Source: Octopus vulgaris | Lineage: Eukaryota | Assembly: GCA_951406725.2 (NCBI GenBank) | Contig: OX597818.1 | Location: 46,438,001 to 46,502,000 of the forward strand | DNA: 64,000 nucleotides | Direction: 5' to 3' | Shown: piece by piece, positions 49,726 through 63,344 of the stretch | Layout: every line of letters starts with the position of its first letter | How positions within the stretch are numbered: position 1 is the first letter of the stretch | Translations under genes and position numbers: made by a program | Notes under the pieces: model-generated | The model's input: the letters and a program-made list of their open reading frames with translations, nothing else | What the model was told of the DNA's origin: nothing | Databases searched by the model: none

Positions 49726-50480
49726 TCTGTGTCGTTTCACTTCGTTAGCTACGAACACAAAGACCTGTCGTCCACAGCCAGATAATTATCCTTATTACAA
49801 CAGTATGCGGTACTTTAGCTGATGTGCACTAAGTTTGGACATGCTAGAATGAAATAATGTTGCACGAAGCAGCGTTGAATAAAATATATTTATGTAATAT
49901 CATATTCAACTCGTTTGAGTGCACTCAGACGTGACAAAAACTTTCCGCTGCGGATATAGTCCCTATGGGGAAAGATTAACAGCGGTTACACCAGGTTATT
50001 GGGTGCATCTTGAACATATATGTATGCATACCCAGTACTCATTGAAGAAGTTAGTTGCCCCTGGTTATGTGAATCCGTTCATCATCACTGAATCTGTATG
50101 GCCTCTTTATGGCCGTTTACTAACTAGTAAATTTTTACACCCTACCCAAGACGCGTACTATGTACTCATTGAACTATAGTCCGCCACATTTCCAAAGTAG
50201 GTGTACCCCATACACACACACACACACACACACAATGCTTAAGTCCTATGTCTAGCTGAAGTCAAAGTAGGACAACACTACACTATCCCTTTCACACAAA
50301 AAAAACCAAAAGATCGTTTTTACCCTTAATGACATATTAATTCAAAGATTGGTTGTTGATGCCTTGAGAATATCTCACCTTATTATTTGGAGTCGGGTGC
50401 AATAACTGCCAAATGTTTTTTTCTTTTTCTCGACATGATTATGATTTCACTTAAAAATCTATTTTGTATAACATTTAGTA

Positions 50481-50653
50481 TATCGCTAAGCTAATATGGC
50501 AGTCCAGAAATATAGGACGAATGCTGCCCTGTTCGAAGGTTATAATGGACACAGGTTCGTGTCACATAGCTAGCTAGAGGCGATGGCCTCTTGGAGCTAA
50601 TCAACGGCAACATTCGTCCTATATTTCTGGACTGCCATATTAGCTCGGCGATA
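50481..50653. repeat. Inverted repeat with 48-bp arms (45/48 identical) and a 77-bp structured spacer
   Basis: 50481-50528 versus reverse complement of 50606-50653. Confidence 0.9.
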
Positions 50654-52208
50654 ACTATTAATATCCAGTACCGCTGCCGTAGTCCCTTTATAGAGACTTA
50701 GAAATTTTGATATTTCTATTTAGTATATCTTTTTCCATCTTTGTGTCCAAATTCTTGCCACGAGACACTCTTTTATTATATTTATATTGTTTTAGGCAGG
50801 ATTATATTTACAATGTTGTTGTAGCCCCCATGTTAACTCAGATCGAGTAGACGACCTATGATCACAAGATGTTATCTTTGACCATTTCGACTTATCTGAC
50901 TAAGTGTATCTCAGACTATTTATACGACGTATCCTCCCTTTTTAAAGACAGTAGGTTCAGGAAAATTTAGCTGCTATTTCTAGAATGACTGGCAATCACG
51001 TAGAAGTCTCGTCGATAGTTTGTCGTATTTCAAGGGAGTTTCTGTGGGAGGTGGATGTCAGAAGCTGATATTTAGTTATGTTATTTTAAGTTCTGAATTC
51101 AAATATCACAGAGGTCAGCTCAGCCTTCCGGATCGATAACCATACATCTCCTTCCAAATCTGTAGCTTTGTCCTCAAACCAGGAACTTTTTTTTTTCTTT
51201 TTTGACATTTTGATTTTCGTAGACTTATATAATATTTCAGAAAGAAATATAATGGAATCAAGCCGTCTGATAAAAAATTGTGAGGTTTTGTTAAGCTCAA
51301 GAATTGGGTTACTTAACACAACTCTTGTAAGAATGATATATTTTTAGCTTTGGCACGTTATCTTCAGGAATCGTAACAAAAATAGTTCAAGACGAGATAG
51401 AATCGTTATTTCTTTCTTCCACTTTTTCTCCCCTTAAAGTCTTCATATCCTCCTACTAAGCTTTACGTATGATTAATCTCGCATTAATTTTGCATGTTGA
51501 CAGCTATGGCTGAGACACTTCAAACGAGTAATTTATCTTGTTTGCTTTTATTCGCTTCGTTAACCCCCTCACATACCACAAGCGCTTACGAGACAATAAC
51601 GAAAATATTTCTTCCGTCTATATATTATTGCAAAATTTCTGGAGAATGTATACACAAGATATAGTTATAAACACATACATTCAATATGCAGTCTGTGTTT
51701 CCTTAGTTAATTACAATGATTTACTTCCAAAATCCTGATATACATCTCTATTTATCTTCTCTGTTATATTTTTTCTCGCAATTTTTTTTCTTTTCTTTCC
51801 ACCGTTTCTTTTCTTTATAACATTCTAGAGATGCCAACGTCAAAATTGTTCTAGTATATTTTATCAATGTAAATAAACATACTTTTACTGGGCGTAACAA
51901 TTTTCAGTAAGGTGCGTTTTTTTACCCTTTTTTTTTTTTTCATATTCTTTCTATCATTTTTTTGTCATGAGTACATTTTTATTCTCCCGGTACTCTGCTT
52001 ATTGTCAGAAGTTCTTTAGTGATCAGAAGAGAAAGTCTTTTACTCATAGACAGTTTAGGCCTGTTTGGAGTGTCAGGCTGGGAAACTATGTATGGCATTA
52101 AAATGGTTAATATTGAATTTGAAGATGAAGATTAGACATCCATAAAAAGAAATGCCCTTCTTCTTTTATAAACCTATTCACATTTACGGTGCTTTACAAA
52201 AATATTAA

Positions 52209-52434
52209 CCCTGTCACGCCGTATTCCCACTATAGCGGGAATAGGTTAAACGTCATCTCTCTTGGATTCCCAGTAAAGTGGTAATGAACAACAAACGTAG
52301 GAAAAGAAGATACAGGTGATTCTTTTTGCCTGCAATCGTCACCCTTGAGCTGTATATGCAACTATTTATTTATTTTTTGCTCAGGAGCCCAGGTAGAAGG
52401 TAAAGTTAGATACAGGGGCCCAGGTCTGAGAGGG
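52209..52434. mobile_element. Possible piggyBac-type MITE
   Basis: TTAA-ccctgtcacgcc ... ggtctgagaggg-TTAA (9/12 TIR match). Confidence 0.35.
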
Positions 52435-52879
52435 TTAAATCAGCCTCCAGCGTGACAACGACTTTATCTTATCGACCCCGCAAGGTTGTAGTCGATAGTC
52501 ATTTGTTATCCACATCGATGGCATTTATGATGAGTGCTGTTGAAAATGATCCTAATTTACTCAACATTCTTCAAACGAAATACATTGTATTATAATTCCT
52601 TTCACATCTAGGACGCGTTCAATCTCAGTACTTGACTTGTACTTAATTTCAATCAATTCAGGAAGGACGAAAGGCGAAGTTGACCTCGGTGGGTGTTGAA
52701 ATCAGAACATAAAGGACCGTGACTAAATACTACATATATTTGTCTGAGGCACCAATGGTTCAGTCAGTCAACTGCGTTGATGTTCCTGTTGTAGGTGTTT
52801 CAATGTATCGATGTAGGTGTTTCGATACCACAGCCAATAATGGAATATAGATAGAATACTATTGGCAAAAATATGTTTG

Positions 52880-54050
52880 TAAGTTTAAAGTATTGAGAGG
52901 AAGTAACAAAATGTAAGTAGGATATAGCGAGGATACAGTTTGACGATCAGTGAAACCCGAAAACGGAATTTTGAGTCAGCAAGATACATTATTTTAGATA
53001 TGAGGACAATTACGCTAGTGGGATCAGGTTGACAGTCGGTTCCGGTTATAAGAAAAGAGAGTTAGGTATAGTATTTGGGAGTTGTTCAAAAGTAATTTGT
53101 TTTTGAATTAGTATTCTTTAAATGTAACTATTTTCTAGAGGATATTGGAAATACAGAAGAAATAGTTACATGGCAGGAAATATATCAATGTTGGCATGGA
53201 GTGAGTGGAAAATGTGGAATGCATAAAATTTGGAGAAGCTGGAAGATCCAGTAATTGAAAAGAAAGAAAAAACCCTTAAGACATGTGAGTAGTCATGGAT
53301 GGAGATTTAATTAATAGAATGAAAATGAAGAGTGTCAGAGACTGAGTGATTTTTAATGTGTAATTAGCCGATTATACAATCAACAGGAAATGAATTGTTT
53401 TGGAATATTTTCTTCACATACTTCGCCACAGATTTCTTATCGTGGGTTTTGCTGTGGGTCCCACTTCAGCTTTGTATAGGGTTAGGTTTGAGAAGAGGGT
53501 TAGTCAACTAAATCGTTAAGTCTTTCTTAGATTTCGAGTTAACTAGTAATCATTAATTTTAAAGGAAATTACAAGAAATGACTATATGTTAAGAGTTCTA
53601 ATTGAATATTGTTCCTGTTTAGGATGAATTCAATCCCACCTTTTTTAATGATCTGTGCAGTGAGAATGTATTCCTACTTTTGAAGAAGGCAAGATTGGAT
53701 CCAAATGGAGAAAGTTTTTCGAGATCTCTTTTCATGAACGCAGTTCAAGTTTAGCGGGAATATCTAGTTTGTATGTTGATGACGCTTGAGTATTGAAGGT
53801 TAGTTAAGAGTGAAGGGTGGTATTATCTGCATGGGAGTGGGCGTGGTTGGAGATGACGGCAAGTAGCTTGTATAGGAAGAGTGTATATAGCATGTATACG
53901 AGACAAAACTGAATCTTGAGACACACCGAAATTGGTAGAGTGTAGGTGAGAGAGACAGAGAGACAGACAGACACAAAATATCCATCAGTACTTGTCGCGT
54001 AGTATAATCTCACAGGTGGGTCAGAAATATCTTTTAAGAGCCCTTAAGAT
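52880..54050 (-). mobile_element. Decayed CR1/Jockey-type LINE RT fragment
   Basis: SLSPTLY, SHADNTTLH (YADDTTL-like), LYKA.V.P remnants. Confidence 0.5.
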
Positions 54051-54474
54051 CCTGCATGTTGTCCAGTTATTTAAAATTAACTAATTAATGTGTTGATGAT
54101 TCGCTTCCTTAGTAAATCAGTCGAGGTTTTCTAATGAATGGCCATTCCATTCATTTCGTCTAAAGAAATGCTAAAGAAATGCCGATGTGTAATTTATTTC
54201 TTTATCAATTATCGTCATGTAACTTAATACATTATAAACATGATTATATATCCTGCTACGAAGCTCCTGGTGATCTTGAGCCATAAGTTATAATTATTAA
54301 CTGTTAAAATGTATTTCAAATTTAAAGGAATTTGTCTAGAATCTCTCCTAAAACATGAATAAAAATTATATTAGTAGTGTGCCAGAGGAATGAACTCGTG
54401 TCCCATTAATTTGAGTTAACTCTCCTCAGTCAATCAGCGATTAGCGTGATGTTATGTTAACTGGCACGTCTAAT

Positions 54475-54482
54475 TATAAAAG
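54475..54482 (+). promoter_or_regulatory. Consensus TATA box in unique sequence
   Basis: TATAAAAG followed 25-35 nt later by CATT initiator-like sites; no linked gene found. Confidence 0.3.
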
Positions 54483-54829
54483 GCGACAACAACTGGTACA
54501 GCAACATTATTTTCCATTAGCCAGACAACTCGCACAGCTCTGCAGCGGAACAACAGCAACAAAGTCCTTTGCAGCCAACAGCTTTTACAGTCAAAAGGTG
54601 CACCATCTTACAGTCCGTAGTCTTTGTAGTCAAGTAGCTCTCACAGTTTTACATCCTTTGACATCCATTGTATTAACAGAACAGTACAGAACTTTCTACA
54701 AAGAAAACAGTATTACATTTACTTTCTTGCTTGTTTTCATTGAAAACATGCGTTAACAGGATCATGAATCCCACTTGTATGTATATTTCATACATACGTG
54801 TTTATTGCAGACTCAACTACACACACACA

Positions 54830-54899
<70 letters not shown>

Positions 54900-54994
54900 C
54901 ATTACTATTTTGGCAATATTTCACCATATTTTGTGTAAAATATCTTGACGCCAAAATTAAAGCTTGGATTTGTCGCAATCAAATCAACTTATTA

Positions 54995-55224
54995 CTCTTT
55001 TACTCTTTTACTTGTTTCAGTCATTTGACTGTGGCCATGCTGGAGCACCGCCTTTAGTCGAGCAAATCGACCCCGGGACTTATTCTTTCTAAGCCTATTA
55101 CTTAATCTATCGTTCTCTTTTGCCGAGCCGCTAAGTTACGGGGACGTAAACACACCAGCATCGGTTGTCAAGCGATGTTGCGGGGACAAACATAAACACA
55201 CAAACATATACACACACACATACA

Positions 55225-55295
<71 letters not shown>

Positions 55296-55416
55296 GACGG
55301 GCTTCTTTCAGTTACCGTCTACCAAATCCACTCACAAGGTTTTGGTCGGCAGTGGGAATGACCCCGAAACCATGTGGTTCGTAAGCAAGCTACTTATCAC
55401 ACAGCCACTCCTGCAC
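54995..55416 (-). mobile_element. SINE family B
   Basis: Reverse copy including head and (gagtaaaa) tail, internal (TA)n. Confidence 0.88.
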
Positions 55417-58186
55417 CTTTGTAGTCACACCGTGTAGTCACATTATCGAAAAATAGTAAATATATTTTTACTAGTTTCCTGATTATAAAATAATCAAACC
55501 ATCTTTATTCTGCAATTCATAAAAAAAAAAATTAAATGACGCTGTAAGGTCATGCATAATAGAAAGCAGATATTGAAACACCTTCGCACGAATTACGTTC
55601 ATGATAAGATGTGGTATACGGAGAATGAGCACGAAGTTTGCAGCATCTATTTATAATTATCTATCTGTCTGCAACATGAAGCACATCTTGAGAACACGCT
55701 TACGATGCCATATTGACAGAGAGCAGAAGTTAAAAAGCAAAGCTGTAACTAGAACTGGCAGCTTACAACAAAACAAACAAACGACTTCGTTGTTTTGTCA
55801 GTTGACTCTGAACAGTATAATGTCAGACTCTCTTGCCAGTCGGGACATAGAATACCTCATACAACCAGCTGTTAGCGTAAACAACAAAACAAGCATCAAA
55901 TTTAAAGTAAGCAAGTATTAGCAGCAAGACATATGCTATTAAGTGTATGTCAAATGATATCGCTGCTTGTCGATAAAAGGTGGACAACTGAAAGTATTTA
56001 TATGCATTTAGCAAGCAGAAATAATAATTTCCGCCAGATTATATGTAATGTATTAAAAAGAAACAATGCATAAATTAACATGTTGTGTTGGAATAAACAT
56101 GCCACTATGTTTGATCTTAAAAGAAAACATCTTCAAAGAGTTACGCTCATCAGTTAAAAATCCAGTGTCGCAGCGCAACTGCACGCTTCGGTTAAAACAC
56201 CTTCGCTCACAAATTTACAGGTATGCACATCCTGCGATCATTGTTAACTGGAAATAAGTATTTCTAACACTGGCAGAAGATCACAGGTTTTTGAGAAGGT
56301 TGTAATGAGTTATTTCGACCCCCAGCCGCAGTACTTAACTAGTATTCATTTTATGGAAGCTCAGAAGAATAAGAGTCTGAGTTCAACCGAGGGGAACTTG
56401 TATTCTAAACGCAAAGTAACTTAACTATTATTATTTGTTTCTGTAGATTTTAACATAGACAAAGGGCTAAGTAATTATTTTCTGATGGGTGTTGAGGAGG
56501 ATAATGACGATTGAATCGTTCAATATTTGATTTCAGTTACATCAACTCGAGCGGGATTTGATCTGAAAATACAAATTATACGAGAAGGCACGCCTGCCTG
56601 GTTAAGATAGTTGCTGTCAATGCAGTGGGGCCTTTGTCTTAACTTCTTGCGGTTAATCCCGATAACGAGACGTTTCAGTTTATCAGTGTATTCTGTATTA
56701 CCAGTATTTACCAGTTGTTAACAGTTAACCAATTGTAGGATCTTGATGGTGTGGTTATCTTTTTTGATTCGATTTTACAAATGTGGCCTTCAGTATTATC
56801 TAACTATAGTTCTTCTGCTTTTTCAAGTACTTTAGTGGACCCGTCGAATGAGACTATGATGTTTAACAAAGGAACCCTACTGGTGGCAGTAGTGAACCGT
56901 AGCCCTTTGCTCAACAATCACTCTTTAAACTTTTATTAAAGTTGATGACCAATTTTACTGGTGTTTTATCACCTGGGTGACATATTTCCTTTCGAGAACC
57001 CGTAACTACCTCGTGTGGTTTGCTTTACTTAGATTTCTCAAGTGTTGCATTGTAAGATTATTTGGGATTTGTGATCAGGGTAAGCCTGCTTTGTTACTAA
57101 GAGTCTAATTGATTCTTCTATGTTGCTTATTGCTGATTGTGATAATTTGTACTTGACATTGCCCATTCGTCAATGGCTTTGTAGATAAGAGCATTAGTTT
57201 AGATCAGGATTGAGCAACCTTTTTCAAGAAACGGGCCTCGAGATGCATGGATCATCATCAGGCAGGCTGTACCACGGGGAAATAAGTTGAAGGTAATTGT
57301 TCGTTAGTCATGCCCCTCAGAAAGTCCCACGAGCCTATTTGGTCCATGACTGGTTTAGTCATAAAATCCAAGCATTTATCTGTTACCAAGTTTTGAAGGC
57401 ATATTGTAAAAAAAAAAATAGTTTCATTACACACACATGTGTATGTGAGGGCGCATGACCTAGTGGTTAAGGTGTTACACTCACAATCGTGAGATTGTGG
57501 TTTCAAGTTTAATCAATTTTACCTAATCAGAAAACAAGATTTGGAAGCTGGCATTTTCTGCATGATAGCTGTCTATCACAAAATGAAAGCAAAATCATTA
57601 CGAGGATGAATTTTTATTGAACAAACGAAAGCAAAGTATTATGACGACCAAAGTTGTAAGAACTTCTTAAGTTTTAATGAATAAAGTCATGTGAAACGGT
57701 CGAACAAACTTGTAATTTAAAAAGGAAAAAGATCGTCAAGGAACATTTTTTAAGAAAAATTGCACAGATCTGTGCTGATCAAGTGGCCTATCTGTCGGGG
57801 AAGGCATGGACTGACATGGCATAAACAAATATTTATATAAGGCATTCTATTGTAAAAACTGCCCGACAACGATGTGCTATTCATCTATGGAAGAAAATTA
57901 AAGACATTATCTATAGTTTAATTGTCTCAGTACGTGGGTAAAGTTTTAATAAATCTTAAGACAGTGATTTGAAAGCAAATATAAAAGCACTTTGCTTTTC
58001 GCTGGTTTGTTTTACATCTGTTGTTGGACATATTGTAAAAGTTTTGACCGAACGCACGATAGTTAATTCACTAAATCATATGCATTAAGTGACAGGTAAA
58101 AATTAAAGAACAAATTATTAAAATTCGCTGTTCCTTTCAGTAAACACATTCTCTCTCTCCCGATTTACCCTTGTCTCTCGTTCTCT

Positions 58187-58246
<60 letters not shown>

Positions 58247-58904
58247 TTCCCTGTCTCTCTATCTCTTCCTGTTTCTTCCCCTTCCCTGATATCAGCCACC
58301 CTCATTATACCATCACATTTCTCTCAACCTAATACTCTTAGTACCCTTCTCATTTTATCATATAATAGCCTGAACCCCGTAGGGGGGGGGAGCATTATCG
58401 ATTTTTATTGAAATTTAATTATCCTATAATTGAATTGGATGTTAGTTTAACATGTATGCAAAGTTTCGTGAAGATCGGTTCGCTGGTATAGGCTGCCAAA
58501 AATGAAAGCATCAACATCATACAACCACTGGCCAACAATCAACCTTCTTCCTGTTTTTATTTGGTGTTAGTAACAGTGTTTACTTCTGTGCACTATCTTC
58601 ATCAAAATTCGGTGCAATTTTCTCCTTCAACCCCTTCTTCCACCTGCGATCCATCATTATATAATGTACTTAACATTACTGAATACACTTTCCTGTTTTA
58701 ATTGCTCTGAATAAGTTATGAGCGTGATATAATATCTGATCTTCTATCAAATGCACAAACTTCGTTCCTATAAAAATAAAATGTATTATTCTTATATGGT
58801 TATAACATAATTGTTGAGAAAACAAGAAACCTGACCTCCCATTCGTGGCTCGTGTCATAAGATAAAACACTTGATACTGATTAGTCTAGTGGTTTCTCAG
58901 CTCT

Positions 58905-58938
<34 letters not shown>

Positions 58939-59588
58939 GCTCTCTCTTTCTCAATGTATGTGTTTATTTGTTTGTTTATTTAATTATTTATTTACGCAAA
59001 CACACAGTTGGCCCTGCCCAGGAGATAAATGTTGTTATTGACACTAGTTTTGTGCTGTGTTCGAGGAATTTCACTCCCAGTGACATAGTCTAACTGCTGT
59101 AAGCAACCTGTATTTTGCAGGCTAACAAGGGAGCCTCCACGTTGTCGCTCGGCCTGCTAGAAATAATAGTCAAATCTCTTTTAAAATCGCCCCCACTGTC
59201 TTAAGAAAGGAAGAACATTTTGATAATGTAATCCAAGATACACTGAACTTGAAAAATGACAGGAAAGTCACAACTGGGGAAATGTCTGAAGGCGTGATGT
59301 ATTTTATTAGTAATAATAATGGCTTTACATTTTTGTAACGACTCTGCCAGCTCACCGCCTATCCTTTCTACTATAGGCACAAGGCCTGACATTTGGGCGA
59401 GGGGGCTAGTCGATTACATTGACCTCCGTGTTTAACTGGTACTCTCATTCATAGGAGTGTAACCATGCCTTCATGGATCATACTGACTTCACTTTTATCA
59501 GTTGATCATACTGACCCTATTACCTATGTCAGTCTGGTACTTATTTCATCGAATACTATTTGTCGAACTGCTAAGTTACTGTACATAA

Positions 59589-59762
59589 AGGCGTAGGAGT
59601 GGCTGTGTGGTAAGTAGCTTGTTTACCAACCACATGGTTCCGGATTCAGTCCAACTGCGTGGCACTTTGGGCAAGTGTCTTCTACTATTGCCTCGGGTCG
59701 ACCAAAGCCTTGTGAGTGGATTTGGTAGACGGAAACTGAAAGAAGCCCGTCGTATATATGTT

Positions 59763-59795
<33 letters not shown>

Positions 59796-60000
59796 ATGTT
59801 TGTGCGTCTGTGTTTGTTCCCCTAACATCGCTTGACAACCGATGCTGGAGTGTTTACGTCCCCGTAACTTAGCGGTTCGGCAAAAGAGACCGATAGAATA
59901 AGTACTAGGCTTACAAAGAATAAGTCCTGGGGTCGATTTGCTCGACTAAAGGCCGTGCTCCAGCATGGCCACGGTCAAATGACTGAAACAACTAAAAGAG
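59589..60000 (+). mobile_element. Full-length SINE family B
   Basis: ggcgtaggagtggctgtgtggtaag (A box)...gattcagtcc (B box)...tail aaaagag; flanking ataaag repeat. Confidence 0.9.
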
Positions 60001-61221
60001 AATAAAGCGGCATACAGCACAAACAGAATCCTCTGCTTTTAGAACAGTATAAAGCAGAAGTTAGCAAGAGTGTGTACCGCCCGATACAACCTTCGAGTTT
60101 GCTTGACCCCACCTGAGCTCCTACGAGCCTGTACAGGCTTATACTGCAGGCACCAAGGCGACCCCATAAAAGCGTCGCTCGGGGCCGACCATCCCTCGTT
60201 TCCCCCTCCAGTTATGCTGCTGGTGTAAATTTAAGTACAGACTTGGATATAAGCACACATATAAGCATATATACTGCAGGATTCTTTGCAGTTTCCACTT
60301 ACCAGCTTTCACTCACAAAATATTGATTAATCAGTTTCGACACTTTGCTAAAGAGACGCGCAGTGGAATCGAACTCGGGACCATGTGATTACGAAGAGAA
60401 TTTCTCAATCATATAAGCATACCTGCACCGAGTGTACACTTAGATTGTTTAGGCTTATATTTTAGCCAGTTATTTATGACAAGACTTTCATAGTAAATAT
60501 TTATCAGCATTTAAAGTTTCATTTAGAAAAGCGCGGCATGGCTTTAAGATATGTTATTTTGATTTTAGCTAAGTGAAATGCAATGGGGAATTCTGGCATC
60601 AGTCTGTTGTTGTAACTTAACACTGCTGGCCTTTCTTTCTTATCTACGAAGTTGTTGAGATAACTATTGATAGCTGCAGTCAATGATAAACAGTTCGGAA
60701 GCATTTTCTAAACAATCCTCTCTCTTTTTTTACGCCAATTAGTGTACAAATCTGAACATTCATCTCGTAATTCTTCTCTCACTACGTTCGTCCATCACTA
60801 TTTTGACCTGTTCAGTAAAGCATAAAGGCAGTGCTTTATGGATGCAGCCAAAATAATACCGAAATATGTCTGGAATTTACCGGAATAATTACATTAGTAT
60901 TAGTCATTGATTAATATCGTTTCTATCTTTCTTATTACATAATTACTTCTTTCTAGCTTTTTAAATACTCCGTGCACTAAATATGTTAACACTTACTCGA
61001 CTAGTTAACGGTAGTAGAGCTCTGTCGTCTAATCATAAACAATATAGCCAGCTAACATTTTTTTTATCTTGAGACAAGTGTTATGTTTTGTCACTAGCAA
61101 TGATACTTCTCTCTCTCAGTCTCAGTTTACCTAATTGTAAATCGATACCATGAAAAGAGTTTGCTCATTGTTGTGAGTGATAGCGTACAGTTGTTTTGTT
61201 AGCCAACATTGTCAATCTCAA

Positions 61222-61785
61222 AGGCGGCGAGCTGACAGATCCGTTAGCACGCCGGGCGAAATGCTTAGCGGTATTTCGTCTGCCGCTACGTTCTGAGTTC
61301 AAATTCCGCCGAGGTCGACTTTGCCTTTCATCCTTTCGGGGTCGATAAATTAAGTACCAGTTACGCACTGGAGTCGATGTAATCAACTTAATACCCTTGT
61401 CTGTCCTTGTTTGTCCTCTCTCTGTTTAGCCCCATGTGGGTAGTAAAGAAATGGGTATTTCGTCTGCCATTACGTTCTGAGTTCAATTTCCGCGGAGGTC
61501 GACTTTGCCTTTCATCCTTTCGGGGTCGATAAATTAAGTACCAGTAACGCACTGGGGTCGATGTAATCGATTTAATCCGTTTGTCTGTACTTGTTTGTCC
61601 CCTCTATGTTTAGCCCCTTATGGGCAATAAAAAAATAGGTATTTCGTCTGTCTTTATGTTCTGAGTTCAAATTCCACCGAGGTCGACTTTCATCCTTTCG
61701 GGATCGATAAATTAAATACCAGTTGCGCACTGGAGTCGATCTAATCGACTGGCCTCCTCCCCCAAAATTTTTGGCCTTGTGCCTC
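61222..61785 (+). repeat. SINE family A with three tandem 184-bp body units
   Basis: Single head ggcggcgagctg; gtatttcgtctg recurs at 61271, 61455, 61639. Confidence 0.92.
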
Positions 61786-63344
61786 AATGCTACGTTGGAC
61801 AAACATACTATCCAAGGGAAATTCCGCAAGACTTTTTCGATAAAAAGCAAAATGAAATTATAAATCGTAGTCGAAGACAAGGAAGGCATGGGGCATAAGA
61901 TGTTTCGATGTAGTAATAATAATACTACAAGACTGGAACTTTCTAATGGACTTGGTAAAGTCAATAATAATTAACGTCGCAAAAAGAAAGGTTTTTATAC
62001 CAAAACGTCAGAAAATCAAATAGCCTTTGTACAACGATCAGATTCACTACCTACAACATTCTTAGCTCACTACATTATCTATGCCAGCTCTTATTTTACC
62101 ATGTTATGTTTCAGCTATGTCCCCCAAATAATCTACTCCTTCCACACACGCGCACACACAGATGGGTGGGGGCGGAGCGCTACATGGAATTCACTGATGA
62201 AAATACGGCATTTTTAGAGGGCTCGAAGTTTGGAGATTTGTTGCACTTAATGGTGTGTCCTTCGACATGGCACTCTTGTCGAGCATGTACGATCAAAAGC
62301 GTTACGGCCATGACCATTCTGTCTTTTCTTCCGTCTTAAGGACTACACAATTCAAGGTGTTCTTCCAATCTTAAGACTGTCCTGTTTCGTTTGAGATAGA
62401 TTTGATTGTTATTTCTTGCAGATCAAACAAGCAGAGTTGGCAGCATGGCTAAGAAGCTCGTTTGCAACAGTATCGATGATTTCGAGTTCTATTCTCTGCA
62501 CTGCATCATCGGCATGAATCTTCTCCCACAATCTTGGGTCGACCAAAACATCGTCAATGAAATTCGGATGACGGAAACTCTGCAGGAGACCACCAGAGGG
62601 ACTGTTCTTTTGTGGGGAGGGGGAGGGGCTACAGGTGCAGTTACCCAGGTGCAAAATTCTTACGTCTGTAAACTTTCAAACGAAAAAAAGAATAACGTAG
62701 CAATAATAAAAGAATAAAAGAGATTGAGCCCTCCTTGCTTGGCAACCCACCCTACGTCACTGCTTTGGGTTCTCTTAAGAGTATCTACTTTTGATCAGGG
62801 TTCAGACTAAAAGATATTTTTGTACCTATCAGTCTCGGGCGCTCTGAAAAGCGTCATGTGTGCTGTTCCTTTGCAGCCTAATCCGGTGTTTCTAATAAAA
62901 GAATAAGGCAAACCCTTTGAATGGTGGCTGTGAGGATTGAAAAGGTGACGGAAAATTGTCATATTTGATAAAATTAAGACAGATTCCAGCTTTTTAAACC
63001 TGTCCGACATTATAGTTAAGAAAGATGAATTATGTGGGTGCAAAATTTTTGGCCTTCTCATTAATAAAGAGGGAGGTGATGGAAATGTTCCTATTTGAGA
63101 AATACTATTTAAAAAGTTTTTGTTTCATTGGCTCATACTGCAAAATGTTCATTGATATGCTTTCTTCAAGGAAGAGATTGTAGAAGACAAAGGGAAGCTG
63201 ATTGAAAAAGGTAAGTGGTGCGTGTATCCTAAATATGTAGCTATCACAGTGTTACATTTATTTCAAATTAAGAGAATATACTGACAATGTCAGAGTCGTA
63301 GACATTGTTTGACGGTCATAGCAAAGAAAACAGGACAAGATATA

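Noticed and set aside
54911-54958. Hammerhead-like hairpin ttttggc...gaaatattgccaaaa (minus)
   Set aside because: Core GUCAAGA lacks G5 and stem II is out of register with GAAA.
62406-62717. 103-aa ORF with a good acceptor (ttcttgcag)
   Set aside because: Sequence aligns by eye to a decayed SINE-B head and body.
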